This document shows positions 17,844-26,635 of a DNA stretch of 64,000 nucleotides, in pieces. The DNA comes from Actinomycetes bacterium (GTDB lineage Bacteria; Actinomycetota; Actinomycetes; Propionibacteriales; Nocardioidaceae), in assembly GCA_023460975.1 (NCBI GenBank), contig JAEWOG010000090.1, positions 47,670 to 111,669 of the forward strand, written 5' to 3'. Below the pieces are notes generated by a model. That model saw nothing but the letters and a program-made list of their open reading frames with translations, had not been told where the DNA came from and ran no database searches. Position numbers and translations under genes: made by a program. Position 1 is the stretch's first letter, and the number at the start of each line of letters is the position of its first letter.

Positions 17844-19280
17844 TCAGGCGAGCTCGAGGCCCGGGTAGAGCGGGTGCTTGTCGAGGAGCTCGGCCGACGC
17901 GGCCTTGGTGCGCTCGGCGACGCCGTCGGCGAGCACGTACGACGCCTTCGAGGGGCCGCCGGCCTTCGTGGTGCCGGCCTCGGTGTTGCTCAGCACGTCG
18001 ACGATGAGCTCGGCGACCTTGTCGAACTCGTCGTGCCCGAAGCCGCGCGTGGTGAGGGCGGGCGTGCCGAGGCGGACGCCAGAGGTGTACCAGGCGCCAT
18101 TCGGGTCCGAGGGCACCGAGTTGCGGTTGGTGACGACGCCGGCGTCGAGCAGCGCCGACTCGGCCTGACGCCCGGTGAGGCCGAACGAGCTCACGTCGAG
18201 CAGCACGATGTGGTTGTCCGTGCCGCCGGTGACGAGGTTGGCCCCGCGCTTGAGGAAGCCGTCGGCCAGCGAGTGCGCGTTGTCGGCGACCTGCTGGGCG
18301 TACGTCTGGAAGGACTCCGTGCGCGCCTCGGCGAAGGCCACGGCCTTGGCCGCCATCACGTGGGAGAGCGGGCCACCCAGCACCATCGGGCAGCCGCGGT
18401 CGACGCTGGGGGCGTACTCCTCGGTGGCGAGGATGAAGCCGCCCCGCGGGCCGCGCAGGGACTTGTGCGAGGTGCTCGTGACCACGTGCGCGTAGGGAAC
18501 CGGGTCCTCCTCGCCCGTGAAGACCTTGCCGGCCACCAACCCGGCGAAGTGCGCCATGTCGACCATCAGGGTGGCGCCGACCTCGTCGGCGATCTCACGC
18601 ATCTTGGCGAAGTTCACGCGCCGCGGGTACGCGGAGTAGCCGGCGACCAGGATGAGCGGCTTGAACTCCTTGGCCTTGGCCCGCAGGGCGTCGTAGTCGA
18701 GCAGGCCGGTCTCGGGGTCGGTGCCGTACTGGTTCTGGTGGAACATCTTGCCGGAGATGTTGGGGCGGAAGCCGTGGGTCAGGTGACCGCCCGCGTCCAG
18801 GCTCATGCCGAGCAGACGCTGGTTGCCGAGCTCGGCGCGCAGCTTCTCCCAGTCGGCCTCGGTGAGCTCGTTCATGTTCTTGACGCCAGCGTTCTCCAGC
18901 CACGGGCCCTCGACGCGGTGCGCCAGGATCGCCCAGTACGCGGTGAGGTTGGCGTCGATGCCGGAGTGGGGCTGCACGTAGGCGTACTCGGCGCCGAAGA
19001 GCTCCTTGGCGTGCTCAGCCGCGAGCGACTCGACCGTGTCGACGTTCTGGCACCCGGCGTAGAAGCGGTGGCCGACGGTGCCCTCGGCGTACTTGTCGGA
19101 GAACCAGGTTCCCATCGTCATGAGCACGGCGGGCGAGGCGTAGTTTTCCGAGGCGATCAGCTTGAGCGAAGCACGCTGGTCGGCGAGCTCCGCGCGGGTG
19201 GCCTCGGCGACCCGGGGCTCGACGGAGGCAATGACCTCGAGGGCCTGGCTGTACGCGCTGCTGATCAGGGAGTCGCTCAT
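17844..19280 (-). CDS. glyA: Serine hydroxymethyltransferase
   Basis: [20 protein letters not shown], and the PLP-lysine motif [15 protein letters not shown]. At 478 aa it carries a C-terminal extension of about 45 aa relative to typical GlyA. Confidence 0.95.
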   Translation of the reverse strand: MSDSLISSAYSQALEVIASVEPRVAEATRAELADQRASLKLIASENYASPAVLMTMGTWFSDKYAEGTVGHRFYAGCQNVDTVESLAAEHAKELFGAEYAYVQPHSGIDANLTAYWAILAHRVEGPWLENAGVKNMNELTEADWEKLRAELGNQRLLGMSLDAGGHLTHGFRPNISGKMFHQNQYGTDPETGLLDYDALRAKAKEFKPLILVAGYSAYPRRVNFAKMREIADEVGATLMVDMAHFAGLVAGKVFTGEEDPVPYAHVVTSTSHKSLRGPRGGFILATEEYAPSVDRGCPMVLGGPLSHVMAAKAVAFAEARTESFQTYAQQVADNAHSLADGFLKRGANLVTGGTDNHIVLLDVSSFGLTGRQAESALLDAGVVTNRNSVPSDPNGAWYTSGVRLGTPALTTRGFGHDEFDKVAELIVDVLSNTEAGTTKAGGPSKASYVLADGVAERTKAASAELLDKHPLYPGLELA

Positions 19281-19606
19281 GTGCCCATGCTAGGGCGCTC
19301 CCCCGCTGCGCGCGGCCCTTGGCCCACCGCCCGCCCAGCCCATCGGTGTGACGTACGCCGCACCGCCGACCCGGGTCACGCGGGAGCCCCCAGTCCCGTG
19401 TCTCACATTACGAACAGCGATCTCACATTCTGAAGATGGCGCTTTACGGGAGGGTGTCCACCCGTTGAGACTTCTTGACATGGTCACCGCTGCAACTCAC
19501 ACGTACCTCGTGGTCCGACGTCACGTCGACCTCATGCGTACGCGCAGCATGATCTGTTGGCGCTCCTGATCCCACTTCTCCCCTCCGAGCCGCACCCGCG
19601 GCACCA

Positions 19607-21328
19607 GTGACAAGGACCAGATCAGTCGTGAGCGACACCACCACCGCAGCGCGCCCCGCCCGTCGCAAGAAGGGCGAGGGCCAGTGGGCCCTCGGCTACA
19701 CCGAGCCCCTCAACAAGAACGAGCAGTCCAAGAAGGACGACAACCCGCTCAACGTCGAGGCGCGCATCGTCAACATCTACTCCAAGCGCGGTTTTGACTC
19801 GATCGACCCCGCTGACCTGCGCGGTCGCTTCCGCTGGATGGGCCTCTACACCCAGCGCGCCGAAGGCTTCGACGGCGGCAAGACCGCCACCGTGCCCGAG
19901 GAAGAGCTCGACGCGCGCTACTTCATGATGCGCGTGCGCTCGGACGGCGTGCTCCTCACCAGCGAGGCCCTGCGCGCCCTGGGCAGCGTCTCGGTCGACT
20001 TCGCACGCAACACCGCCGACGTCACCGACCGCTGCAACATCCAGTACCACTGGATCCGCATCGAGGACGTCCCCGCCATCTGGGAGCGCCTCGGCGCAGC
20101 CGGCCTGAGCACCCTCGAGGCGTGCGGCGACTCCCCTCGCCCCTTCCTCGGCTCCCCCGTGGCCGGCGTCGCCAAGGACGAGATCATCGACGGCTCCTCG
20201 GCCCTCGAGGAGATCAAGCGTCGCTACATCGGCAACCCCGACTTCTCGAACTTCCCGCGCAAGTTCAAGACCGCGCTGACCGGACACCCCAGCCACGACG
20301 TGGCGCCCGAGGCCAACGACGTGGCGTTCGTCGGGACGGTGCACCCCGAGCTCGGCCCCGGCTTCGACCTGTGGGTCGGCGGCGGCCTGTCGACCAACCC
20401 GCACCTGGCCGCCAAGCTCGGTGTGTGGATCGCCCTCGAGGACGTCGCCGACGTCTGGGAGGGCGTTGCCTCGATCTTCCGCGACTACGGCTACCGCCGG
20501 CTCCGCTCGCGCGCACGCCTGAAGTTCCTGGTCGCCGACTGGGGCAAGGAGAAGTTCCGCGAGGTGCTGGAGACCGAGTACCTCAAGCGCACCCTGGTCG
20601 ACTGCGACTCCCCCGTGACGCCTGAGCGCCAGGGCGACCACATCGGCGTCCACGAGCAGCGCGACGGCAACTTCTACGTCGGCGTCGCACCCGTCGTGGG
20701 ACGCATCGACGGGGAGGCCTTGCTGGCCCTCGCCGACGTCGTCGAGCGCCACGGCGCCGCGGGAGCGCGCCTGACCGCGTACCAGAAGCTCGTCGTGCTC
20801 GGCGTCCCGCCGCAGAGCACGGACGCGATCGTGGCCGACCTCGCCGCCATCGGCCTCGAGGCGAACCCCAGCCCCTGGCGTCGCGCCACCATGGCGTGCA
20901 CGGGCATCGAGTTCTGCAAGCTGGCGATCGTCGACACCAAGGAGCGAGCGCGCTCACTCGTCGCCGAGCTCGAGCGCCGCTTCCCCGATCTGGACGTCCC
21001 GATCTCGATCAACGTCAACGGGTGCCCCAACTCGTGCGCCCGTACGCAGGTCGCCGACATCGGCCTGAAGGGCCAGCTCGTCATGGGCGAGGACGGCCAG
21101 CAGGTCGAGGGCTTCCAGGTCCACCTCGGCGGTGCGCTCGGCCTGAACGCCAACTTCGGTCGCAAGCTCCGCGCGCACAAGGTCACCTCCGCCGGCCTCG
21201 ACGACTACGTCACCAACGTCGTCCACGCCTTCCTCGCCGACCGGGCGCAGGGCGAGTCGTTCGCGACGTGGGCGGCGCGTGCCAGCGACGACCAGCTGCG
21301 CGGCGAGAAGCAGCTCGAGGTGGTCTGA
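19607..21328 (+). CDS. sirA: Ferredoxin-dependent sulfite reductase (nitrite/sulfite reductase family, SirA/NirA-like)
   Basis: N-terminus NKNEQSKKDDNPLNV...RFRWMGLYTQR and the siroheme/4Fe-4S Cys clusters (ACTGIEFCKLA, NGCPNSCAR). The start may be GTG 19607 or GTG 19628. Confidence 0.9.
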   Translation: MTRTRSVVSDTTTAARPARRKKGEGQWALGYTEPLNKNEQSKKDDNPLNVEARIVNIYSKRGFDSIDPADLRGRFRWMGLYTQRAEGFDGGKTATVPEEELDARYFMMRVRSDGVLLTSEALRALGSVSVDFARNTADVTDRCNIQYHWIRIEDVPAIWERLGAAGLSTLEACGDSPRPFLGSPVAGVAKDEIIDGSSALEEIKRRYIGNPDFSNFPRKFKTALTGHPSHDVAPEANDVAFVGTVHPELGPGFDLWVGGGLSTNPHLAAKLGVWIALEDVADVWEGVASIFRDYGYRRLRSRARLKFLVADWGKEKFREVLETEYLKRTLVDCDSPVTPERQGDHIGVHEQRDGNFYVGVAPVVGRIDGEALLALADVVERHGAAGARLTAYQKLVVLGVPPQSTDAIVADLAAIGLEANPSPWRRATMACTGIEFCKLAIVDTKERARSLVAELERRFPDLDVPISINVNGCPNSCARTQVADIGLKGQLVMGEDGQQVEGFQVHLGGALGLNANFGRKLRAHKVTSAGLDDYVTNVVHAFLADRAQGESFATWAARASDDQLRGEKQLEVV

Positions 21329-21331
21329 GCG

Positions 21332-21526
21332 ATGTCCGCCCGTGCCACCCCGAACCACTGCCCGTACTGCGCAGAGACCGACCTGCGTCCGTACGAGGTC
21401 GTGGATGCCGACGGCGAGGTCACCTCGCCCCACGGCTCGTGGGAGTGCCGGTCCTGCCTGCGCGCCTTCGCGTTGTCCATGATCGGGCTCGTGACGCCCT
21501 ACGCCGACCGGGAGGTGACCCCATGA
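21332..21526 (+). CDS. Small CxxC...CxxC zinc-ribbon-like protein (64 aa) embedded in the sulfur-assimilation operon
   Basis: CPYC at aa 10-13 and CRSC at aa 39-42. It starts 1 nt after the sirA stop codon and its stop overlaps the cysH start (ATGA at 21523-21526). Confidence 0.6.
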   Translation: MSARATPNHCPYCAETDLRPYEVVDADGEVTSPHGSWECRSCLRAFALSMIGLVTPYADREVTP

Positions 21527-22269
21527 CCGCCGCCACCACGCGCGCTGCCCGGGCCTTCCGCGGCACCCACACCGAGGGTCGCTCGTCCGAGGAGCTGCGT
21601 GAGCTCGTCTCCCACGTGGGCGCCGAGCTCGAGCTCGCCCCTGCGGAGCACATCATCGAGTGGGCGGTCGCGACCTTCGGCGAGCGGTTCTGCATCACCT
21701 CCTCGATGGGTGACGCCGTCCTGGCCCACCTCGCACAGAAGGTGGCGCCGGGCATCGACGTGGTCTTCCTCGACACCGGCTACCACTTCCCCGAGACCAT
21801 CGGCACCCGCGACGCGGTGGCGGCGACGTTGGACGTCAACCTCATCACCATCACACCGAAGCAGAGCGTGGCCGAGCAGGACGCGACGCATGGCCCCGAC
21901 CTGTTCCGTACCAATCCCGACCTGTGCTGCAAGTTGCGCAAGGTCGAGCCCCTGGCCACCTCGCTGGCGCAGTACGACGCGTGGGCCACCGGCCTGCGAC
22001 GCGCCGAGACCCGCAACCGGGTGATCGCACCGGTGATCGGGTGGGACGCACGCAAGTCCAAGGTCAAGGTGTCCCCCATCGCCCGCTGGAGCGATGAGCA
22101 GGTGGAGCGCTACATCGCGGACAACAACGTCCTCGTCAACCTGCTGGCCTACGACGGCTACCCGAGCATCGGCTGCGCGCCATGCACGCGCCGCGTGGCC
22201 CCCGGTGACGACCCGCGCAGCGGCCGCTGGGCCGGCACGGGCAAGACCGAGTGCGGGATCCACGTATGA
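21523..22269 (+). CDS. cysH: Adenosine 5'-phosphosulfate / PAPS reductase (Fe-S type CysH)
   Basis: ATG at 21523 inside ORF 20896..22269. VVFLDTGYHFPET PP-loop region, CC...CxxC cluster signature (PDLCCKLRK, SIGCAPCT), and C-terminal ECGIH. Confidence 0.9.
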   Translation: MTAATTRAARAFRGTHTEGRSSEELRELVSHVGAELELAPAEHIIEWAVATFGERFCITSSMGDAVLAHLAQKVAPGIDVVFLDTGYHFPETIGTRDAVAATLDVNLITITPKQSVAEQDATHGPDLFRTNPDLCCKLRKVEPLATSLAQYDAWATGLRRAETRNRVIAPVIGWDARKSKVKVSPIARWSDEQVERYIADNNVLVNLLAYDGYPSIGCAPCTRRVAPGDDPRSGRWAGTGKTECGIHV

Positions 22270-22354
22270 GTCCCGTCCACACCACGCTTCCCCTTCACCG
22301 CGACAACGACGTCGTGCTCCACCCCACATCCCGCATCCGAGGGAGGAACACCTG

Positions 22355-23098
22355 ATGGCTGCACCTGCACTGGTGGCACTGGCACACGGGAGCCGCGACC
22401 CGCGCTCCGCCGAGACGGTCAAGGCGCTCGTCGACGAGGTCAAGAAGCTGCGTGGCGACCTCAAGATCGAGACCGCATTCCTGGAGTTGTCGCGTCCGTC
22501 GTTCACCACGGTCGTGGACCGCCTCGTCCGGCACGGGCACGAGGAGATCGTCGTCGTTCCGTTGCTGCTGAGCGAGGCCTACCACGCCAAGGTCGACGTC
22601 CCGGCGGCCATCGCCGAGATGTCCGCGCGGCACCCGGGCCTGAAGATCCGCGCGAGCCGCATCCTGGGCATGGAGACCGCTTTCCTCGAGGTGCTCGACC
22701 TGCGCATGCGCGAGGCACTCAAGGCCGCGCGCGTCCGCGAGCTCGACGCCCTCGTGCTGGCCGCCGCCGGCTCCTCCGACCCGCTGGCCAACCAGGCGGT
22801 CGCCCGCATTGCGCGCACATGGGGCACCCGGCACAAGTTGCCCGTGACCGCCGCGTTCGCGTCGTCGGCTCCGCCCGCCACGGGCGAGGCAGTCCGCGCG
22901 TTCCGGGCCGAGGGTCGCCGCCACATCGCGGTGGCGTCCTTCTTCCTCGCCCCGGGCCTGTTGCCGGACCGAGCCGCCGAGCTGGCGCTCGAGGCGGGCG
23001 CGATCGCCGTCTCCGAGCCCCTGGGCGCGCACCCCGAGGTCGCGCGTGCCGTCCTCGCTCGGTACGCCGTCGGCGCCGTCGAACTCGTCCCCGTCTGA
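22355..23098 (+). CDS. sirB: Sirohydrochlorin ferrochelatase (CbiX/SirB family)
   Basis: The ATG at 22355 is preceded by GAGGGAGGA. The protein is a tandem CbiX-like half-domain structure (LVALAHGSRDP..., LVLAAAGSSDP...). Its position after sirA-cysH matches the arrangement known in mycobacteria. Confidence 0.8.
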   Translation: MAAPALVALAHGSRDPRSAETVKALVDEVKKLRGDLKIETAFLELSRPSFTTVVDRLVRHGHEEIVVVPLLLSEAYHAKVDVPAAIAEMSARHPGLKIRASRILGMETAFLEVLDLRMREALKAARVRELDALVLAAAGSSDPLANQAVARIARTWGTRHKLPVTAAFASSAPPATGEAVRAFRAEGRRHIAVASFFLAPGLLPDRAAELALEAGAIAVSEPLGAHPEVARAVLARYAVGAVELVPV

Positions 23099-23130
23099 GG
23101 CTGCTGCCCCGGCTGAGGGGCCGGTGCTCC

Positions 23131-23511
23131 TCAGCCGACGAGCGCGTCCAGCAGGCCAGCAAGCGTGTCAGCCGGGTCGAGCGTGATCCCGCCGTGGACG
23201 GGGCCCGGCTGGATCACGGTCGACTTCGGCGCCTTCAGGAACCCGAACCGCTGACTCAGCGGGTGCCTCGCCGCGGCACCACCGCGTTCGTCCCCGGCGC
23301 ACACGCCCTCGACGAACGTCAGGGTCGACTCCACCCGCTCGAGGTCCACGGCAGGGGCGAAGGCCGTCAACCGAGCGCGGTCGATGCGCCACGCCGCCTG
23401 CAGGAAGTCGAGCTCCTGGCAGTACACGACAACTCCGACGTTGAGGAACTCCTCGCGGTCCGGCCGCGGGACGCAGCGCAGCACTGCGTACTGGTAGGCC
23501 AGCTCGCTCAT
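23131..23511 (-). CDS. DUF3037-like protein
   Basis: N-terminus YQYAVLRCVPRPDREEFLNVGVVVYC matches my recollection of the DUF3037 signature. Its start overlaps the upstream kinase-like gene stop (ATGA at 23508-23511). Confidence 0.7.
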   Translation of the reverse strand: MSELAYQYAVLRCVPRPDREEFLNVGVVVYCQELDFLQAAWRIDRARLTAFAPAVDLERVESTLTFVEGVCAGDERGGAAARHPLSQRFGFLKAPKSTVIQPGPVHGGITLDPADTLAGLLDALVG

Positions 23512-24272
23512 CGTGCATCTCCCGGCAGCCAGGCGCGCGAGTCCAGTCGAGCTGCGAGGAACTCGACGTACGCGGCACGCAGTTGCTCAGGCGACTCCGC
23601 TCCGCTCACGCCCTCCAACCACGCGTCGGGCACCTGTGCCAGCACCTCGACGAACACCTCACGCGACAGGAGTGCCGCGATCTCCTCCTGGTGATCCCTC
23701 AGCACCCCCACCCGATCGACCAGCACATGATCGGAGACGTCCCACGGTTGCTGCGCGAACCGGGCAGGGTCCGTGATGCCACGCGTCCACGCGTGGTGGA
23801 AGTAGAGCGAGGCACCGTGGTCGATCACCCACACGTCGCCATGCCACACCAGCATGTTCGGGTTGCGCCACGAACGATCCACGTTGGCAGTGAAGGCATC
23901 CAGCCACAGGATGCGGGCGGCCTCCGCGTCACTGGTCGTCTGGTCACCGTCGTAGGAGAAGGCGCCGGGAAGGAAGTCCACCCCCAGGTTGAGACCCACG
24001 CTGGCGCTGAGCAGGTCCTGGACCTCCTCATCGGCTTCGTAGCGCGCGATCTTGGCATCGAGGTCCAGCACCACGAGATCCGGCGTACGCAGCCCCAGCC
24101 GTCGCGCAAGGCCAGACACGATCACCTCGGCAACCAGCACCTTGGGCCCTTGCCCGGCACGGTGGAACTTGCACACGTACGTGCCCAGGTCGGCTGCCTC
24201 GACGATGCCGGGCAGGCTGCCGCCCTCGCGCAGGGGCGTGACGTACCGCGTGACCGCGGTCGAGGGCATCAT
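23508..24272 (-). CDS. HipA-like (HipA-family kinase fold) protein, the usual partner of DUF3037
   Basis: ATG at 24272 (MMPSTAV...) inside ORF 23508..24491. It has a catalytic-loop-like NVDRSWRNPNMLV followed by VIDHGASL. Its start overlaps the PPK2 stop (ATGA at 24269-24272). Confidence 0.6.
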   Translation of the reverse strand: MMPSTAVTRYVTPLREGGSLPGIVEAADLGTYVCKFHRAGQGPKVLVAEVIVSGLARRLGLRTPDLVVLDLDAKIARYEADEEVQDLLSASVGLNLGVDFLPGAFSYDGDQTTSDAEAARILWLDAFTANVDRSWRNPNMLVWHGDVWVIDHGASLYFHHAWTRGITDPARFAQQPWDVSDHVLVDRVGVLRDHQEEIAALLSREVFVEVLAQVPDAWLEGVSGAESPEQLRAAYVEFLAARLDSRAWLPGDAR

Positions 24273-25114
24273 GCGATCGGGTCCTCGGTCGAGAGTCGGT
24301 GTGTGGCTGCGGCGACGTCGAAGTCGGCCACCGGCCAGGACAGGTCCATGCCGCGCAGGGCCTCGACCAGGAGGTGGGCCACGGCCAGATTGCGGTACCA
24401 CTTGCGGTCCGAGGGAACCACGAACCACGGTGCGGCATCGGTGTGGCACCGCTCGAGCGCGATCTCGTACGCCTGCCGGTACGCCGGCCACAGCGCCCGC
24501 TCATCGAGGTCACCGGTGTTGAACTTCCAGTGCTTGGCCGGGTTGGCCAGGCGCTCGAGCAGGCGCTTGCGCTGAACGCCGGGGCTGATGTGAAGCATGC
24601 ACTTGATGACATGCACGTCATCGGCCACCAGGGCGGCCTCGAAGTCGTTGATGGCCCCGTACCGTCGCTCGATCTCCTCGGGCGGCGCAAACGCACGCAC
24701 GCGCTGGATGAGGACGTCCTCGTAGTGGGAACGGTCGAACACGCCCACGTAGCCCGCCTCGGGAAGACCGCGCTCGATCCGCCACAGGAAATCGTGGCTG
24801 CGTTCCTCCTCCGTCGGCGCCTTGAACGAGGTGATCCGGACTCCCTGGGGATCAATGAGGCCCACGGCGTGGCGCAGCACGCCTCCCTTGCCCGAGGTGT
24901 CCATCCCCTGGAGCACCAGGAGAATGCGTCGCCGCGATCCCGCGGTGCGCGCGGCCCACAGTCGCTCCTGCAGATCAGCCAGCTCGACGCCCACCGCGGC
25001 CAAGGCCGCCTCGCCCTCCTTCTTGGAGCCGGAGAAACCCGGGGTGGCATCCGTCGCAAGCGCCGTGAGATCCACGGGGCCCTCGGGCACCCGCAGCGCA
25101 TCGGTGAACGTCAT
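24269..25114 (-). CDS. ppk2: Polyphosphate kinase 2 (PPK2) family protein
   Basis: Walker A GMDTSGKGG, FDRSHYEDV, the lid region, and WYRN near the C-terminus. ATG at 25114 (MTFTDALRVP...); an alternative ATG lies at 25159. Confidence 0.85.
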   Translation of the reverse strand: MTFTDALRVPEGPVDLTALATDATPGFSGSKKEGEAALAAVGVELADLQERLWAARTAGSRRRILLVLQGMDTSGKGGVLRHAVGLIDPQGVRITSFKAPTEEERSHDFLWRIERGLPEAGYVGVFDRSHYEDVLIQRVRAFAPPEEIERRYGAINDFEAALVADDVHVIKCMLHISPGVQRKRLLERLANPAKHWKFNTGDLDERALWPAYRQAYEIALERCHTDAAPWFVVPSDRKWYRNLAVAHLLVEALRGMDLSWPVADFDVAAATHRLSTEDPIA

Positions 25115-25158
25115 GGCGCCATCATTCCCCACCGCCTCACCGTCTGCAGCGCATGCCA

Positions 25159-25875
25159 TCACGTGCCGAGCACGCCGGGGAGGTCGATGCTGTGGCCCAC
25201 CACGGTGATGCTCACTCCGGATGAGGTCGGCTCGTCGAACCACATGCCCTCGGTGAACCCCACCTTGCGCAGGAGACGCCGCGAAGCGAGGTTTCGATGA
25301 TCGGGGGCAGCAAAGGCGGTCGCCACACCGACCCGCGTGCTGGACAGGGAGCACAGCCAGGACCACAGCATGCGGGTTCCGAAACCACGCCCCACGAACG
25401 CCGGTTCACCCACCAGGTAGTCGACCCCCACCGCGTCCGGAACTCCGGTGAGGACTGCGTACTCGGGATGGTCCGACATCAGGTAGTCCTGAATGAACCC
25501 GACCGAACGCCCTCGCCACTCTGCGATCCACAGGTGGGTGGCGCTCTGCGGGCCCAGGTCCGGGCCGTAGTGCGCCGTCAGCCCGTCCAGATCGTCGGGG
25601 TCCTCAGACCACCATCTCGCGACAGCAGCCGTGTTGCGCCAGCGCGTCATGGTGGCCAGGTCACCGGACTCCATCGGGCGCAGCCGGACCGGATCAGCGG
25701 CAGCGCCGTGGATGAACAGACTCGGTTCACCTGACAGATCCACCGCGTCGAGATCGTGGGGTCGTACGCGGGCAAGGCGTGCCGCGGCCTCGAGCACGGG
25801 CTCGCCGGGGGCAACGGCCCCCTCCAGCCAGGCTCCGTCCACGTTCACCCGCACCGAGCGGCTGTGCACCGACAT
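25159..25875 (-). CDS. GNAT-family N-acetyltransferase (Acetyltransf_8 / AAC(6')-IucB-like)
   Basis: ATG at 25875 inside ORF 25159..26238. IAEWRGRSVGFIQDY, VGEPAFVGRGFGTRML (acetyl-CoA P-loop-like) and APDHRNLASRRLLRKVGF. An internal start at MESGDL is possible. Confidence 0.7.
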   Translation of the reverse strand: MSVHSRSVRVNVDGAWLEGAVAPGEPVLEAAARLARVRPHDLDAVDLSGEPSLFIHGAAADPVRLRPMESGDLATMTRWRNTAAVARWWSEDPDDLDGLTAHYGPDLGPQSATHLWIAEWRGRSVGFIQDYLMSDHPEYAVLTGVPDAVGVDYLVGEPAFVGRGFGTRMLWSWLCSLSSTRVGVATAFAAPDHRNLASRRLLRKVGFTEGMWFDEPTSSGVSITVVGHSIDLPGVLGT

Positions 25876-25885
25876 CTCGGTGAGG

Positions 25886-26635
25886 CTAGTCGAGGAGCCC
25901 CTCGTCGGCATCGCCTTCGGCCGCCTCCACCCCGGCTGAGTCCAACTCCGAGCGGACCACGGCGAAGGCCAGGCCGGATCCATATCCCTTGCGGGCAAGC
26001 ATCCCGGCCAACCGCCGGGTGGCAACTGTGCGGTCCAGGTTGCGCACGGAGCGCAGCTTCTTGCGCACCAGTTGGCGCGCAGCGGCCTCCTCGTCAGCCG
26101 GGTCGATCTCCGAGAGAGCCTCCTTGGCGACCTCATCATCGACGCCCTTGCGGCGCAGTTCCTGGGCCAGCGCTCGCCGCGCCAACCCCTTGCCGGGCTG
26201 GCGCGACGCGATCCACGCCTGGGCGAAGGCAGCGTCATCGATGAGGCCGACCTCGGTGAAGCGATCGAGGAGTTGTCGCGCCAGGTCCTCGGGTACGTCC
26301 TTCTTGGCCAGCTTGTCGGCCAACTCCTTGCGCGTGCACGCCCGACCAGTCAAGGCATCGAGCAGGATCTTGCGTGCCACTGCCTCCGGATCCGCCGGCG
26401 GGCTCAGCGCGGCGGTGTCCTCGGGAGGAGGGGAACCGGCGCCCGCACGTGAGCGCCGACGACCCCCGGGTGATCCCGCCGCGCGGGAGCCGCCAGAACG
26501 ACGACCTCCCGCCGATTGCCCCCGCGTCCGCGGCGCCTCGGGGTCAGGCGTGGGTCGGTCGTCGCCGACCCACGCCTGCACTCCCAGCGCGACGTCGCCC
26601 AGCCAGGCCGGGGCGGGACGCGGATCAGAAGTCAT
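25886..26635 (-). CDS. recX: Recombination regulator RecX
   Basis: ATG at 26635 overlaps the 3' end of recA by 11 nt, as in mycobacteria. It has three-helix repeat modules ([26 protein letters not shown]..., [13 protein letters not shown]..., [12 protein letters not shown]). Confidence 0.85.
   Translation of the reverse strand: MTSDPRPAPAWLGDVALGVQAWVGDDRPTPDPEAPRTRGQSAGGRRSGGSRAAGSPGGRRRSRAGAGSPPPEDTAALSPPADPEAVARKILLDALTGRACTRKELADKLAKKDVPEDLARQLLDRFTEVGLIDDAAFAQAWIASRQPGKGLARRALAQELRRKGVDDEVAKEALSEIDPADEEAAARQLVRKKLRSVRNLDRTVATRRLAGMLARKGYGSGLAFAVVRSELDSAGVEAAEGDADEGLLD

Noticed and set aside
17844-17980. The ~45-aa C-terminal extension of GlyA as a possible fused extra domain.
   Set aside because: It is short and low-complexity (Ala/Lys/Gly-rich). 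It is probably a lineage-specific tail. Nothing more can be said without alignments.
19281-19400. Possible ZTP (pfl) riboswitch in the glyA leader. glyA is a classic ZTP-regulated gene, and the leader contains GACUGG and CUGGGC strings in the right order.
   Set aside because: The pseudoknot logic fails. The 5' element reads GACUGGGGG, and the sequence preceding CUGGGC is AUGGG, which is not complementary to it (the consensus is UGGCGG pairing with CCGCC). I could not draw P1/P2/P3 convincingly. An Infernal scan is needed before any call.
16194-19433. Very long antisense or alternative-frame ORFs. Examples: 16194..19433 +, 492..1898 -, 4618..7335 -, 34574..36652 -, 38360..40675 +, 49021..51444 -, 54765..56843 -, 55687..57435 -, 61946..63841 -.
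   Set aside because: Their translations are Arg/Gly/Pro/Ala-rich low-complexity strings with no motifs. They lie opposite, or out of frame with, genes that have clear family signatures. This is the expected stop-codon-poor artefact of high-GC DNA.
23508-24272. Canonical hipBA toxin-antitoxin module.
   Set aside because: No HipB-type HTH gene lies upstream. The upstream gene is PPK2 and the downstream partner is DUF3037. The protein is also much shorter (254 aa) than HipA. It is therefore reported as an uncharacterised HipA-like pairing, not as hipBA.
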